From Bacteroidales bacterium (lineage in GTDB: Bacteria > Bacteroidota > Bacteroidia > Bacteroidales > S143-33): a DNA stretch of 41,893 nt. The DNA lies in NCBI GenBank assembly GCA_015489395.1, contig WFZV01000126.1, positions 1 to 41,893 of the forward strand, in the 5' to 3' direction. A program made the position numbers and the translations under genes. Positions 8,876-17,096 of the stretch are shown piece after piece; the first letter of the stretch is position 1; each line of letters opens with the position of its first letter. The notes under the pieces were generated by a model. The model saw nothing but the letters and a program-made list of their open reading frames with translations, made no database searches and was not told where the DNA came from.

Positions 8876-10762
8876 ATGAAATTTAAACAGTTTAAAGTCA
8901 CGGACCAGTGCATAGGTTGCATGGCTTGCGTTGGAATTGCTGAGGATATTTTTAAAATGAATGATGAAGGAAAGGCTTTTGTGGTAAAACAAGTCGAAAC
9001 TAAAGAAGAAGAACAATTGGCATTGGAAGCAAAGGAAGCTTGTCCGGTTGAGGCAATTGTGGAAGTTGAGCCGAACGACGAAGAAAAAAACGATTTAAAG
9101 CCGATAACTTCTGACGATAACGTCAAGGAGGTTTTGGACAAATATCCAGAGTTGAAAACGATTTTAAGTGATCTGTCGCCAAAATTTCAACGTCTGCAGA
9201 ATCCTATAATTTACAATACATTAGCAAAATTTGCCACATTTAAAGATGCAGCTAAAGTTACTGGAGTTAGCCTTTGCGAGCTTTTGCACACAGTAAATAA
9301 ATATTTAGGCACAGAGAAAAAATTGATGCAAGTAATGCCGGAGTGTATAAAGTCGAGCGAAAAACAAGAGTTTGACAGCGAGCCAATTACATGGCAAGAG
9401 ACAAATGACCGGTACGTCATGAACAGCACAAATCAAGACGAAATTTTATCATTAGTCGCAACCCTGAAGCCACAGCAGAATATTGTAATCATAACTACCC
9501 TGGTGCCAGATGTTTTAGTCAGATATGCCAGGTTTTTAGGATTTAAGATTAATGTTGAAAAAGGCCGTGAGTATAGAATTTCGATTTTTAATCCGCAAAA
9601 AGCAGAAAATGAGGACGATACAAAGCATTACGAAGTTTTAGATTTACGTTCTGTAGATGAGCCATTGCAGACAATTTTACAGACTGCCAGCCGTAAAAAA
9701 CCGGGAGAAGGTTTTACAATTATCCAGAATTTCAAGCCTGAACCTGTGATTAAAATGTTGGAAGAATTAGGCTTTAAAGCAGAAATTGATGAGAGTAAAA
9801 AAGACTATGTAGAAGTGCGTTTTACAAAGCGAGAAGAATATGTTGGAGTCAGAAAAGCAGACACAAAGCCAAAGATTGTTTTGCAGTCAGCCACGCCCGT
9901 AACCTATCCTTTGATAATGGCTTTGTTGCAGTCGAAGCGCTTGAAGGAATATGTTGAAATAGAGGAGCTTAAGGTCTGGAAAGAGACAGAGAAGCATTTG
10001 AGCTGGATTGTCAATGGCAAGGCAGATATAAGTTTTTCGGCAGTGATAACCAGCAGTAAATTAAGGGATTTGGACGTGAAAGTCCCGGCTGTAGTGGTTT
10101 GGGATAATTTTGTGTTGTTAACTCGTGGATATGTAGCACGGAGTTTTTCGGACATCAAAGGTAAAGAGATTTACGTGCCTTTGTTTGCAGATGCGCCGCC
10201 AGCCAAGATTACCAGGTATTTGATTAAAGCCCATGGATATGATCCGGATGATTTCAAGTTTCGTTATGGCAAGCCATTTGGGCGTCCGGAGATAATTTAT
10301 CAAGATTTAGTTCTTGGCAAGATTGACACTGCTGTATTGAGAGAGCCAGAAGCGAGTTATGCTATCAAAATTATGGAAGACCAAAAAGTTGTTTATTCAG
10401 AATTGCGGTTTGATAAGTTGTGGAATGATATAAACCCGGGATTTGGAGATTTTCCAAATGCTGGCGTAGTGATAAAAGGCGAGTTTATGCGCAAGTATCC
10501 AGAGGTTGTCGAGGTATTTTTAGATGAATTGCAAAAAGCTATTGATTTTGTGACACAAAACAAGCAGGAGGCAGCTAAAATAAGCTACCAATTTATGCAG
10601 CAGAAAGAAGACAGGGTTTTGAAGTTTTTGCATCGAGTTAAGTTCAAATACCAGAGTGGCGGGCAGTTAAGGGAAAAAATCGAAAAATATTTCAGGCTAT
10701 TGAATGAAGCACAGATTTTGGACGTTAACTTAGACAGGGATTTTTTAGAGATGTTTGGTTAA
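8876..10762 (+). CDS. Multidomain fusion: single-cluster ferredoxin + DUF1858 + DUF2249 + NMT1/THI5-like (NitT/TauT-type) solute-binding domain
   Basis: CIGCMACVGIAEDIF...EACPVEAI (CxxCxxC...CP ferredoxin). DKYPELKTILSDLSPKFQRLQNPIIYNTLAKFATFKDAAKVTGVSLCELL (DUF1858-like). YEVLDLRSVDEPLQTILQTASRKKPGEGFTIIQNFKPEPVIKMLEELGF (DUF2249-like). The C-terminal ~290 aa resemble ABC-type aliphatic sulfonate/nitrate binding proteins. Confidence 0.7.
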   Translation: MKFKQFKVTDQCIGCMACVGIAEDIFKMNDEGKAFVVKQVETKEEEQLALEAKEACPVEAIVEVEPNDEEKNDLKPITSDDNVKEVLDKYPELKTILSDLSPKFQRLQNPIIYNTLAKFATFKDAAKVTGVSLCELLHTVNKYLGTEKKLMQVMPECIKSSEKQEFDSEPITWQETNDRYVMNSTNQDEILSLVATLKPQQNIVIITTLVPDVLVRYARFLGFKINVEKGREYRISIFNPQKAENEDDTKHYEVLDLRSVDEPLQTILQTASRKKPGEGFTIIQNFKPEPVIKMLEELGFKAEIDESKKDYVEVRFTKREEYVGVRKADTKPKIVLQSATPVTYPLIMALLQSKRLKEYVEIEELKVWKETEKHLSWIVNGKADISFSAVITSSKLRDLDVKVPAVVVWDNFVLLTRGYVARSFSDIKGKEIYVPLFADAPPAKITRYLIKAHGYDPDDFKFRYGKPFGRPEIIYQDLVLGKIDTAVLREPEASYAIKIMEDQKVVYSELRFDKLWNDINPGFGDFPNAGVVIKGEFMRKYPEVVEVFLDELQKAIDFVTQNKQEAAKISYQFMQQKEDRVLKFLHRVKFKYQSGGQLREKIEKYFRLLNEAQILDVNLDRDFLEMFG

Positions 10763-11541
10763 TTTAAAGATTTAAAAATTGCGGTTATATCGATTAAACC
10801 CAACAGATGAGCAGCCATGAAAATGATAATTGCCATAACCAGGTAACGAACGAAGTTTGCGCCTTTTTTTACAGCGATTTGAGAGGCAAGGATAGCACCT
10901 AAAAAATTGCCAATTCCCATTATAAGTCCATAAGCGAGGTTAATCTGGTGATGTTGCCAGAAAACGACAAGGCTTAGTGGTGTCCATAGCAGGATAATAA
11001 GAACTTTGATTGCATTTGCCCTAACCAGGTCGTATCCAGCATTTAGCACAATGCCTGCTAACAAAGCATATCCCACACCAATGTGAATAAAACCGCCATA
11101 AATGCCGATTAGAAAGAAAACAATAATTTGGGCGAAGGATATCCGGTTATTTGTTGGGTTTTGATGTTGCTGTATCCACTTTTTAGGATTTAACACCATA
11201 AGAAAAAACAAAATAATCAAAATCAAGCCAATAATCTTTTTTATAATCGCTTCGTTGATGTCTGCAGCGATGTAAGCGCCTAAGATACTGCCTATTATAG
11301 CGGGTATTGAGAGGACGAGAGCTTTTTTGACATCTAAAACTCTATTCCGTTTAAAATTACCAACAGCACCTAAGTTCTGAATTAAAATCGCAACGCGATT
11401 AGTGCCATTAGCAACATTTGCCGGCAGTCCAAGCAGAATTAACACCGACAAGGAAATGGCAGATCCACCGCCGGCTAAAGTATTTATAAATCCGACTAAA
11501 ATTCCGGCTAAAATGAGAATCAAAGCATAATTTAACGTCAT
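10759..11541 (-). CDS. TauE/SafE family sulfite/anion exporter (DUF81)
   Basis: Polytopic 260-aa membrane protein with two internal halves and GGG-containing helices (LAGGGSAISLSVL, IGIYGGFIHIGVGY) typical of TauE/SafE. Confidence 0.85.
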   Translation of the reverse strand: MTLNYALILILAGILVGFINTLAGGGSAISLSVLILLGLPANVANGTNRVAILIQNLGAVGNFKRNRVLDVKKALVLSIPAIIGSILGAYIAADINEAIIKKIIGLILIILFFLMVLNPKKWIQQHQNPTNNRISFAQIIVFFLIGIYGGFIHIGVGYALLAGIVLNAGYDLVRANAIKVLIILLWTPLSLVVFWQHHQINLAYGLIMGIGNFLGAILASQIAVKKGANFVRYLVMAIIIFMAAHLLGLIDITAIFKSLN

Positions 11542-11562
11542 CTGCGGAGCTTTTTAAACATC

Positions 11563-11570
11563 CAAAAATA
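11563..11570 (-). promoter_or_regulatory. -7 box TATTTTTG (minus strand) upstream of the TauE gene
   Basis: Plus-strand caaaaata, 22 nt upstream of the ATG at 11541. Confidence 0.4.
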
Positions 11571-11593
11571 TTAAATTAAGCGAAAAAACTTAT

Positions 11594-11601
11594 TAACTTT
11601 G
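11594..11601 (+). promoter_or_regulatory. -7 box TAACTTTG upstream of ychF
   Basis: TAnnTTTG match 23 nt upstream of ATG 11624. Confidence 0.45.
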
Positions 11602-11623
11602 CACAGATAAAAAATAGAAAGTT

Positions 11624-12718
11624 ATGGCACTAAAAGTTGGAATAGTTGGCCTGCCAAATAGTGGAAAAACAACTATATTTAATTGTTTTTCAGATACAAA
11701 GGCAGAAACCGGCATCGGATTTTCGAATAAATCCAACATTGGGACAGCAAAAGTCCCGGACGATAGACTTTATAAACTTGCAGAACTCCAACCTACAGAA
11801 AAAATCGTCCATACAACAATAGAATTTGTGGATATACCTGGCCTGCGTAAGGGAGCTGGACGTTCTGGAAGTAGTTTTCTCAACGATATCCGCAATGTGG
11901 ATGCCCTGGTCCATGTTGTGCGTTGTTTTGACGACCCCAATATCCCACACGAAGACGGTTCTGTTGACCCGGTGCGTGATATAGAGACTTTAAACATTGA
12001 ATTGCAACAAAAAGACCTTGACTCAATAGAAAAGCGCCTGGAAAAAATCGAGAAAAAAGCAAAATTCGGCGATAAATCTCTATCAAAGCAGGTCGAGGTA
12101 TTGAAAAAAGCTAAAGAGCATCTGGAGAATTTTCAGAATTTGCGCACTCTGGAGCTAAAACCTGAGGAGAAAGAAATTCTTATGGAGCTTTTTCCTTTGA
12201 CGATAAAGCCTGTTTTGTACGTGGCTAATGTGGATGATGATGCTGCTGCGACTGGCAATGAATATAGTAAGCAAGTGGAGCAATGGGTAAAAGAGAATGA
12301 CCCTGGCGCAGAGGTTTTGGTAATTGCAGCAAAGCTTGAGGCTGAAATCGCAGAGCTTGAGGACCAGGCCGATCGAATGGAATTTTTACGTGATGCAGGT
12401 TTAACTGAACCGGGTGTCAATAAGCTAATTCGTGCAGCTTATAAATTGCTGGATTTGCAGACGTTTTTTACTGTTGGACCAAAAGAAATTCGTGCCTGGA
12501 CAGTGCGCCGTGGAGCTACAGCACCCGAGGCGGCAGGTGTGATTCATACAGATTTGCAGCGAGGATTTATACGTGCAGAAGTTATGCATTACGATGATTT
12601 TATAAATTTAGGCTCTGAAGCTGCATGTAAAAAAGCTGGAAAGTTTTATCTCGAAGGCAAAGATTATGTCGTGCAGGAAGGGGATATTTTGCATATACGG
12701 TTTAACGTAAGTAAATAA
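11624..12718 (+). CDS. ychF: Redox-regulated ribosome-binding ATPase YchF
   Basis: GIVGLPNSGKTTIFN P-loop, FVDIPGL, a C-terminal TGS-like region and ...GDILHIRFNV ending; 364 aa. Confidence 0.95.
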   Translation: MALKVGIVGLPNSGKTTIFNCFSDTKAETGIGFSNKSNIGTAKVPDDRLYKLAELQPTEKIVHTTIEFVDIPGLRKGAGRSGSSFLNDIRNVDALVHVVRCFDDPNIPHEDGSVDPVRDIETLNIELQQKDLDSIEKRLEKIEKKAKFGDKSLSKQVEVLKKAKEHLENFQNLRTLELKPEEKEILMELFPLTIKPVLYVANVDDDAAATGNEYSKQVEQWVKENDPGAEVLVIAAKLEAEIAELEDQADRMEFLRDAGLTEPGVNKLIRAAYKLLDLQTFFTVGPKEIRAWTVRRGATAPEAAGVIHTDLQRGFIRAEVMHYDDFINLGSEAACKKAGKFYLEGKDYVVQEGDILHIRFNVSK

Positions 12719-12759
12719 AAATCGGCAAGATAAGATTTGTTTGTTTTCAGTGAAATTTA

Positions 12760-12767
12760 TATCTTTG
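12760..12767 (+). promoter_or_regulatory. -7 box TATCTTTG in the ychF-greA spacer
   Basis: TAnnTTTG match 87 nt upstream of the greA ATG and upstream of the hairpin at 12781. Confidence 0.4.
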
Positions 12768-12780
12768 TAGCTGAAAATTG

Positions 12781-12826
12781 TTCCCTGCCACTGTAGCCCA
12801 GTTGGTGGGGAATATTTTTTATTTTT
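12781..12826 (+). terminator. Imperfect hairpin followed by a T-rich run (ychF terminator and/or greA leader attenuator)
   Basis: ttccctgccactg-tagcc-cagttggtggggaa (about 11 pairs with one bulge and mismatches), followed by tattttttatttttc. Confidence 0.5.
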
Positions 12827-12853
12827 CATTTTTAAACCTAAAAAGTCAATCTT

Positions 12854-13333
12854 ATGTCAGAAAATAAACCTGTTTACGTCACCAAAGAAGGTCTGGAAAA
12901 GATGAAAAAAGAGCTTGAGTACCTGATGACTGTCGAACGCAAACGTATTTCGAAACAAATTGCAGAAGCCCGTGATAAAGGCGATTTGTCCGAAAATGCA
13001 GAATACGATGCAGCCAAAGAAGCCCAGGCTCTTTTAGAGACTCGAATTGCTGAGTTGCAGCGTAGAATACAAAATTCTCGTGTGCTTGATGAAAGAAATT
13101 TGAATGCTGATACTGTAAATTTGATGAATAAAGTCAAATTAAAGAATCTTAAGACAGGTCAAATTGTTCAATACCAGATAGTTCCTGAGAATGAAAGCGA
13201 TTTTAAATCAGGCAAAATAGCCGTAACCACACCTATTGCAAAAGGACTTTTAGGACATAAGAAAGGCGATAAAGTTAAAATTCGCGTGCCTGCTGGTGAA
13301 ATTGAATTTGAAATTTTAGAAATTTCGTTATAA
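12854..13333 (+). CDS. greA: Transcription elongation factor GreA
   Basis: YVTKEGLEKMKKELEYL...ISKQIAEARDKGDLSENAEYDAAKEAQ, 159 aa. Confidence 0.95.
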   Translation: MSENKPVYVTKEGLEKMKKELEYLMTVERKRISKQIAEARDKGDLSENAEYDAAKEAQALLETRIAELQRRIQNSRVLDERNLNADTVNLMNKVKLKNLKTGQIVQYQIVPENESDFKSGKIAVTTPIAKGLLGHKKGDKVKIRVPAGEIEFEILEISL

Positions 13334-13384
13334 ACTTGCTTTAGTTGTTGCCATGCGTCTTTCTTTTTTAGTTTAATTTTTACG

Positions 13385-13411
13385 GCCTGGCCTTTGTGGT
13401 CAGGCTTTTTT
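13385..13411 (+). terminator. Rho-independent terminator after greA
   Basis: gcctggcc-tttgt-ggtcaggc (8 bp including one G-U), followed by six T. Confidence 0.65.
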
Positions 13412-13428
13412 ATTAGAATAAAATTTTG

Positions 13429-13436
13429 TAGATTTG
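13429..13436 (+). promoter_or_regulatory. -7 box TAGATTTG upstream of the HIT gene
   Basis: TAnnTTTG match 32 nt upstream of ATG 13468. Confidence 0.45.
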
Positions 13437-13467
13437 TTTTGGTTTAAAATCTAAAAAATTGTGAGCA

Positions 13468-13884
13468 ATGGCTTCTGTATTTACAAAAATCGTTAATGGC
13501 GAACTACCGGCTTATAAAATTGCAGAAAACGATAAATATTTAGCTTTTTTGGATATCAATCCGCTTGCAGAAGGACATACTCTGGTTATTCCAAAGCAGG
13601 AAATAGACAAATTCTTTGACCTTGACGATGATTTATTGGCAGGTTTAATTGTTTTTGCTAAAAAAGTGGCACAGGCTTTAGAAAAAGCAATCGAATGTAA
13701 GCGTGTAGGTTCGTTGGTCGTTGGCACAGAAGTACCACATGCACATTTACACCTAATCCCGTTCAAGAGCGAACCGCAGGTTTGTATTACAGCTCCTAAG
13801 CTTAAGCTTACGCAACAAGAATTTGAGCAAATCGCAGAAAAAATCAGAAAATTTATACCTGAAGAAATAGCAGTGAAATCATAA
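13468..13884 (+). CDS. HIT (histidine triad) family nucleotide hydrolase
   Basis: VPHAHLHLIP histidine-triad motif and an N-terminal FTKIVNGELPAYKI region. Confidence 0.9.
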   Translation: MASVFTKIVNGELPAYKIAENDKYLAFLDINPLAEGHTLVIPKQEIDKFFDLDDDLLAGLIVFAKKVAQALEKAIECKRVGSLVVGTEVPHAHLHLIPFKSEPQVCITAPKLKLTQQEFEQIAEKIRKFIPEEIAVKS

Positions 13885-13942
13885 TTTGGAACTAAACTTG
13901 CAGATAAACCGAAGTAGATAAATTGACTAAAATTTAGCTAAA

Positions 13943-14185
13943 ATGGGCAAAGTACAGATTTTTAAACGAAATAAATTAATCGGCGGCTGGTCTTTGGCTG
14001 TACGCGACGACTGGTCGTTTAAAATTAAGCGCGTTAACATTACAGACGAGGAAAAAGAATTGTACGAAAAAGAAATCGGCGAGGAAATTCTGACTTATTC
14101 GGACTTTTTCGAGTGGTGGCTCAAGGCGCGCGAAAAATTACAACAAAAAAGACAGAAAAATGAAGCTAAACAGGACAATCAGTAA
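13943..14185 (+). CDS. Hypothetical 80-aa protein
   Basis: ORF only; no recognisable motif. Its 3' end overlaps the next gene by 26 nt. Confidence 0.35.
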   Translation: MGKVQIFKRNKLIGGWSLAVRDDWSFKIKRVNITDEEKELYEKEIGEEILTYSDFFEWWLKAREKLQQKRQKNEAKQDNQ

Positions 14186-14894
14186 GCCCTTTTTTTTGCT
14201 TGTAATCTCTCTTTTGTGGGCTTGTTCTAATAGCTGGAACTACAAAAACCAGCAAAACTGGAAAAAACATTACCACGATTGTGGTTCTAAATACCAATCT
14301 CCAATCGATATTGACACTGCCATTGCCGACGCACAATTAAAGCCGTTGTTCATTGATTTTTACGAACAAAAAGATTCTGCTGTAAAAGTCGTTTTTACAG
14401 GCAAAACACTTTACATTACAGGCTTAAAAGGAGATATTGTTACACCTGACCCTAAAGCTTTTGGCCATACTTATTACCTTTCCGATATTTACTTTCATTT
14501 TCCCAGCGAACACACTGTCAAAGGCAAACACTTCGCCGGGGAATTGCAATTCATCAATGTTGATACAGCTAATAACTTAATGGTTTTGAGTGTGTTTATT
14601 AAGCCCGGTAAAGCTAACCAGGCTTTAAGCCAGATTTTAAACTACATACCACAGCAGGGCAAAGAGCGCACTATTGATACGAAATTAAATTTATCTGAAC
14701 TTTTACCGAACTCTGTTTCATACTGGTATTACCTGGGTTCGTTGACAGCTCCGCCATGCAAAGAAGTAAAATGGTTCGTGATGAAAAAGCCCATCGAAGC
14801 ATCGCAGGAGCAAATCGCAGCTTTTTCCAGACTTATTGGCGGTAAAAACCGTAACATCCAGCCTTTAAATGGACGAGAAATAAAACAGTTTTAG
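14160..14894 (+). CDS. Alpha-carbonic-anhydrase-like lipoprotein with a degenerate zinc site
   Basis: QSPIDI, SEHTV.GK....E, GSLTAPPC and a NRNIQPLNGR tail are typical alpha-CA landmarks. Signal LLVISLLWAC. Zinc-ligand positions read YFHF and ELQFIN instead of HFH and ELHLVH. Confidence 0.8.
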   Translation: MKLNRTISKPFFLLVISLLWACSNSWNYKNQQNWKKHYHDCGSKYQSPIDIDTAIADAQLKPLFIDFYEQKDSAVKVVFTGKTLYITGLKGDIVTPDPKAFGHTYYLSDIYFHFPSEHTVKGKHFAGELQFINVDTANNLMVLSVFIKPGKANQALSQILNYIPQQGKERTIDTKLNLSELLPNSVSYWYYLGSLTAPPCKEVKWFVMKKPIEASQEQIAAFSRLIGGKNRNIQPLNGREIKQF

Positions 14895-14942
14895 CCATTT
14901 ATGCGGATTTGAGGCTTACCCGTCATTTTGCACCAAACGGAT

Positions 14943-16097
14943 TTAACCATGCGCCATATAATCCACAATTGCAGAGCGCATGCTGTCGTCCAGTTGAAAT
15001 ACTCGTCCTGTGGCTTTTTGCTTGTTGAGTAACTCTTCGATAATTTGAGCGTCTTCTTTTGTCAAATTGACCTCGGATAGACGTATGGGCAGGTCAATGA
15101 GCTGGAAGAACTCTTCGAATTTTTCGATAACTTCCTGGGCAGACAGACAGCCGTCGTCAAATACTAACCGGCCTAATTTACGGATACGGTCAGGAATTTG
15201 ATTGAGCATTAATTTCATCCAGGCAGGAAAAGCTATTGACAATGTAGCTCCGTGCGGTATGTCGTAAAGCAGTGAAAGAGCATGACCAATTGCATGAGTT
15301 CCCCAGTCGCCGGTATTTCCGCGACCAATTGCTGTGGTGCCGTTTAGTGCGTATGTTGAGGCTAACATGATTCTGGCACGCAGGTCGTAATTAAAAAGAT
15401 CATTGACTAGCTTTAGACCTGTTTCCATGACTTCGCGAATGATTTGAGCTGCGAATTTGTCTGCCAATGGGCTATTGCCGTCTCCGAAATAAGCTTCTAA
15501 AGCATGTGAAATAATGTCTGCTATGCCGCAAGCGGTTTGAAACCGCGGCACTGACGAGGTGTACGACGGGTCTAAAAATGAGACTTTGGGGAACATTAGC
15601 TCGTGTCTAAAGCCTAATTTCTGTTGCGTTTGATTGTTTTGCAAAACAGCCACGTTATTCATTTCGCTGCCAGTTCCGGCAACTGTCAGTACAGTAACTA
15701 ACGGCAGGGCTTGCGTGGGTGTGGCCTGGCCGATAACGAATTCCCATGGGTCAGTGTCGTGTTTGGCTGCAAGTGAAATGACTTTAGCTGAGTCAATGAC
15801 ACTGCCGCCGCCCACTGCTACGATAAAGTCGACGTTTTCTTTTTTGGCCAGATCAGCGGCTTTACGTACTTCGTCGATACGTGGATTTGGCTTTATACCG
15901 CTAAATTCTATGAATTTTATGCCGCAAAGAGCTAATTGGTTGGTGACTTGCGGCAGAATCTGGTATTTTTTTACAGAACCCTGACCATAAACGACAAGGG
16001 CTTTTTTGCCTAATTGTGGTGCGATTTGATGAAGTTGGTTTATAACGCCTTTCCCAAAAATTAGTTTTACAGGGTTATATGCAGTGAAATTTTCCAT
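14943..16097 (-). CDS. Iron-containing (group III) alcohol dehydrogenase, butanol dehydrogenase/YqhD-like
   Basis: VAVGGGSVIDSAK, GTGSE and metal-site His residues (..HALE.., ..THAIGHAL..); 384 aa. Confidence 0.9.
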   Translation of the reverse strand: MENFTAYNPVKLIFGKGVINQLHQIAPQLGKKALVVYGQGSVKKYQILPQVTNQLALCGIKFIEFSGIKPNPRIDEVRKAADLAKKENVDFIVAVGGGSVIDSAKVISLAAKHDTDPWEFVIGQATPTQALPLVTVLTVAGTGSEMNNVAVLQNNQTQQKLGFRHELMFPKVSFLDPSYTSSVPRFQTACGIADIISHALEAYFGDGNSPLADKFAAQIIREVMETGLKLVNDLFNYDLRARIMLASTYALNGTTAIGRGNTGDWGTHAIGHALSLLYDIPHGATLSIAFPAWMKLMLNQIPDRIRKLGRLVFDDGCLSAQEVIEKFEEFFQLIDLPIRLSEVNLTKEDAQIIEELLNKQKATGRVFQLDDSMRSAIVDYMAHG

Positions 16098-16219
16098 TGT
16101 AAGTCGGATTTATGAGTTTTGGCTAAAATATGATTTTTTCGTCGAAAGAAAAAGTTGAAGTGAGTTGAGGATGATTTTTTACAGTTAAATTTTTGAGTTT
16201 TGTTCGATTCACAAGCAGC

Positions 16220-17020
16220 TTATTTCATATTTCCGTGTTTGTCGAAGGAGACTTGCATTCCGGCCAGGGCGCGGTAACGTTTGCCGACAGAGTCGTAAAC
16301 GACCATGTCTTTGGCAGTGTAAACGGTTTCGACAAGGCCGTTGTGGTAGAAACGCACTGGTTTGTCTTTCATGGCAGTGATGTGTTGACGGCGTGCGTTT
16401 ATGACCGGAATTTGCTCGGTTGTAACGAATTCTCGTACAGTACCGTCTTCGAAGAAAGTAACAGGTTCACCGGCTTTGGCTATGGTCTGGAGTTTTCGTC
16501 CGGTTGTGACTTTAATGTTTTGGGTAGGCACGAATGTTTGAACAACGCCAGAAGGAAAGAATCGCACTGTTTTTCCGGCTAATGCAGTAAATTTTTCGCC
16601 TTTGCCGTTGGTAACCTGGATATTTTTAGCAGGGATGAATTCTTCGATTGCTCCGGATTTGTAGAAATATGCCCGGTTTAAGGCTTTTGCGACAAAACTT
16701 TGTTTTTTGCCGTTGTAAACGGTTATGTCGTGGAGCGGAATAAAGTCTTTGACAGCTCCGTTGTCGTAGAGGTTAAGTAAGCTACCAGGTTGGATGATGT
16801 ATTTATTTCCGAGTCCGTCTCGAACAGTGATGCTGTCGGTAGGAAAGAGAGAAACTGCTCGTCCATTTTTGTTGAAAAGTATAGGGGTACCCTGTCGTAC
16901 TGCCACTTTTCGTCCGTCTGGTAAAGTGACTTTAGTATTTGGGGCAGCGATTTTCATTGATTGGGCAAAAATTGTAGAGCTAAGCAGTAAAAAATTGAAG
17001 ATTAGTGCAAAAAATTTCAT
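16220..17020 (-). CDS. Secreted protein built from about seven 35-37-aa repeats (family not recognised)
   Basis: Signal MKFFALIFNFLLLSSTIFAQS from the internal ATG at 17020. Repeat pattern G....a..G..v.F...G.v..F.P...I.V. The ORF-track start at 17065 would add 15 residues ahead of the signal peptide. Confidence 0.7.
   Translation of the reverse strand: MKFFALIFNFLLLSSTIFAQSMKIAAPNTKVTLPDGRKVAVRQGTPILFNKNGRAVSLFPTDSITVRDGLGNKYIIQPGSLLNLYDNGAVKDFIPLHDITVYNGKKQSFVAKALNRAYFYKSGAIEEFIPAKNIQVTNGKGEKFTALAGKTVRFFPSGVVQTFVPTQNIKVTTGRKLQTIAKAGEPVTFFEDGTVREFVTTEQIPVINARRQHITAMKDKPVRFYHNGLVETVYTAKDMVVYDSVGKRYRALAGMQVSFDKHGNMK
16223..16915 (-). repeat. Protein-level tandem repeat, about 7 copies of a 35-37-aa unit
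   Basis: Examples: GKKQSFVAKALNRAYFYKSGAIEEFIPAKNIQVTNGK / GEKFTALAGKTVRFFPSGVVQTFVPTQNIKVTT / GRKLQTIAKAGEPVTFFEDGTVREFVTTEQIPVINAR. Confidence 0.65.
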
Positions 17021-17043
17021 GATTTTGTTATTTTTATTTTGTA

Positions 17044-17051
17044 CAAAAATA
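17044..17051 (-). promoter_or_regulatory. -7 box TATTTTTG (minus strand) upstream of the repeat-protein gene
   Basis: Plus-strand caaaaata, 24 nt upstream of the ATG at 17020. It lies inside the longer ORF-track extension, which favours the 17020 start. Confidence 0.4.
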
Positions 17052-17096
17052 AAAAGTTCAAGCATTTATTTGTCAAAAAATTAGACAATTTAGCGT

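Noticed and set aside
11690-12420. Several 68-95-aa minus-strand ORFs inside ychF
   Set aside because: They overlap a highly conserved, full-length ychF reading frame. Their products are compositionally odd (S/A/C-rich) and have no start context.
12794-12812. tRNA D-arm-like string gtagcccagttggtgggg, suggesting a tRNA or att-site remnant
   Set aside because: The flanks do not form an acceptor stem, anticodon arm or T-arm (the downstream sequence is a pure A/T run). The string is better explained as part of the terminator-like hairpin at 12781-12812.
16193-16582. 129-aa plus-strand ORF antisense to the repeat-protein gene
   Set aside because: It is entirely embedded in the minus-strand gene, which has a signal peptide and clear repeat periodicity. 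The plus-strand product has no features and arises from locally higher GC content.
17021-17065. N-terminal extensions in the ORF track (17021-17065, 36481-36519, 39453-39494, 41168-41200)
   Set aside because: In each case an internal ATG gives a proper signal peptide or conserved N-terminus, and for three of them a TAnnTTTG box lies within the extension. Shorter starts were adopted.
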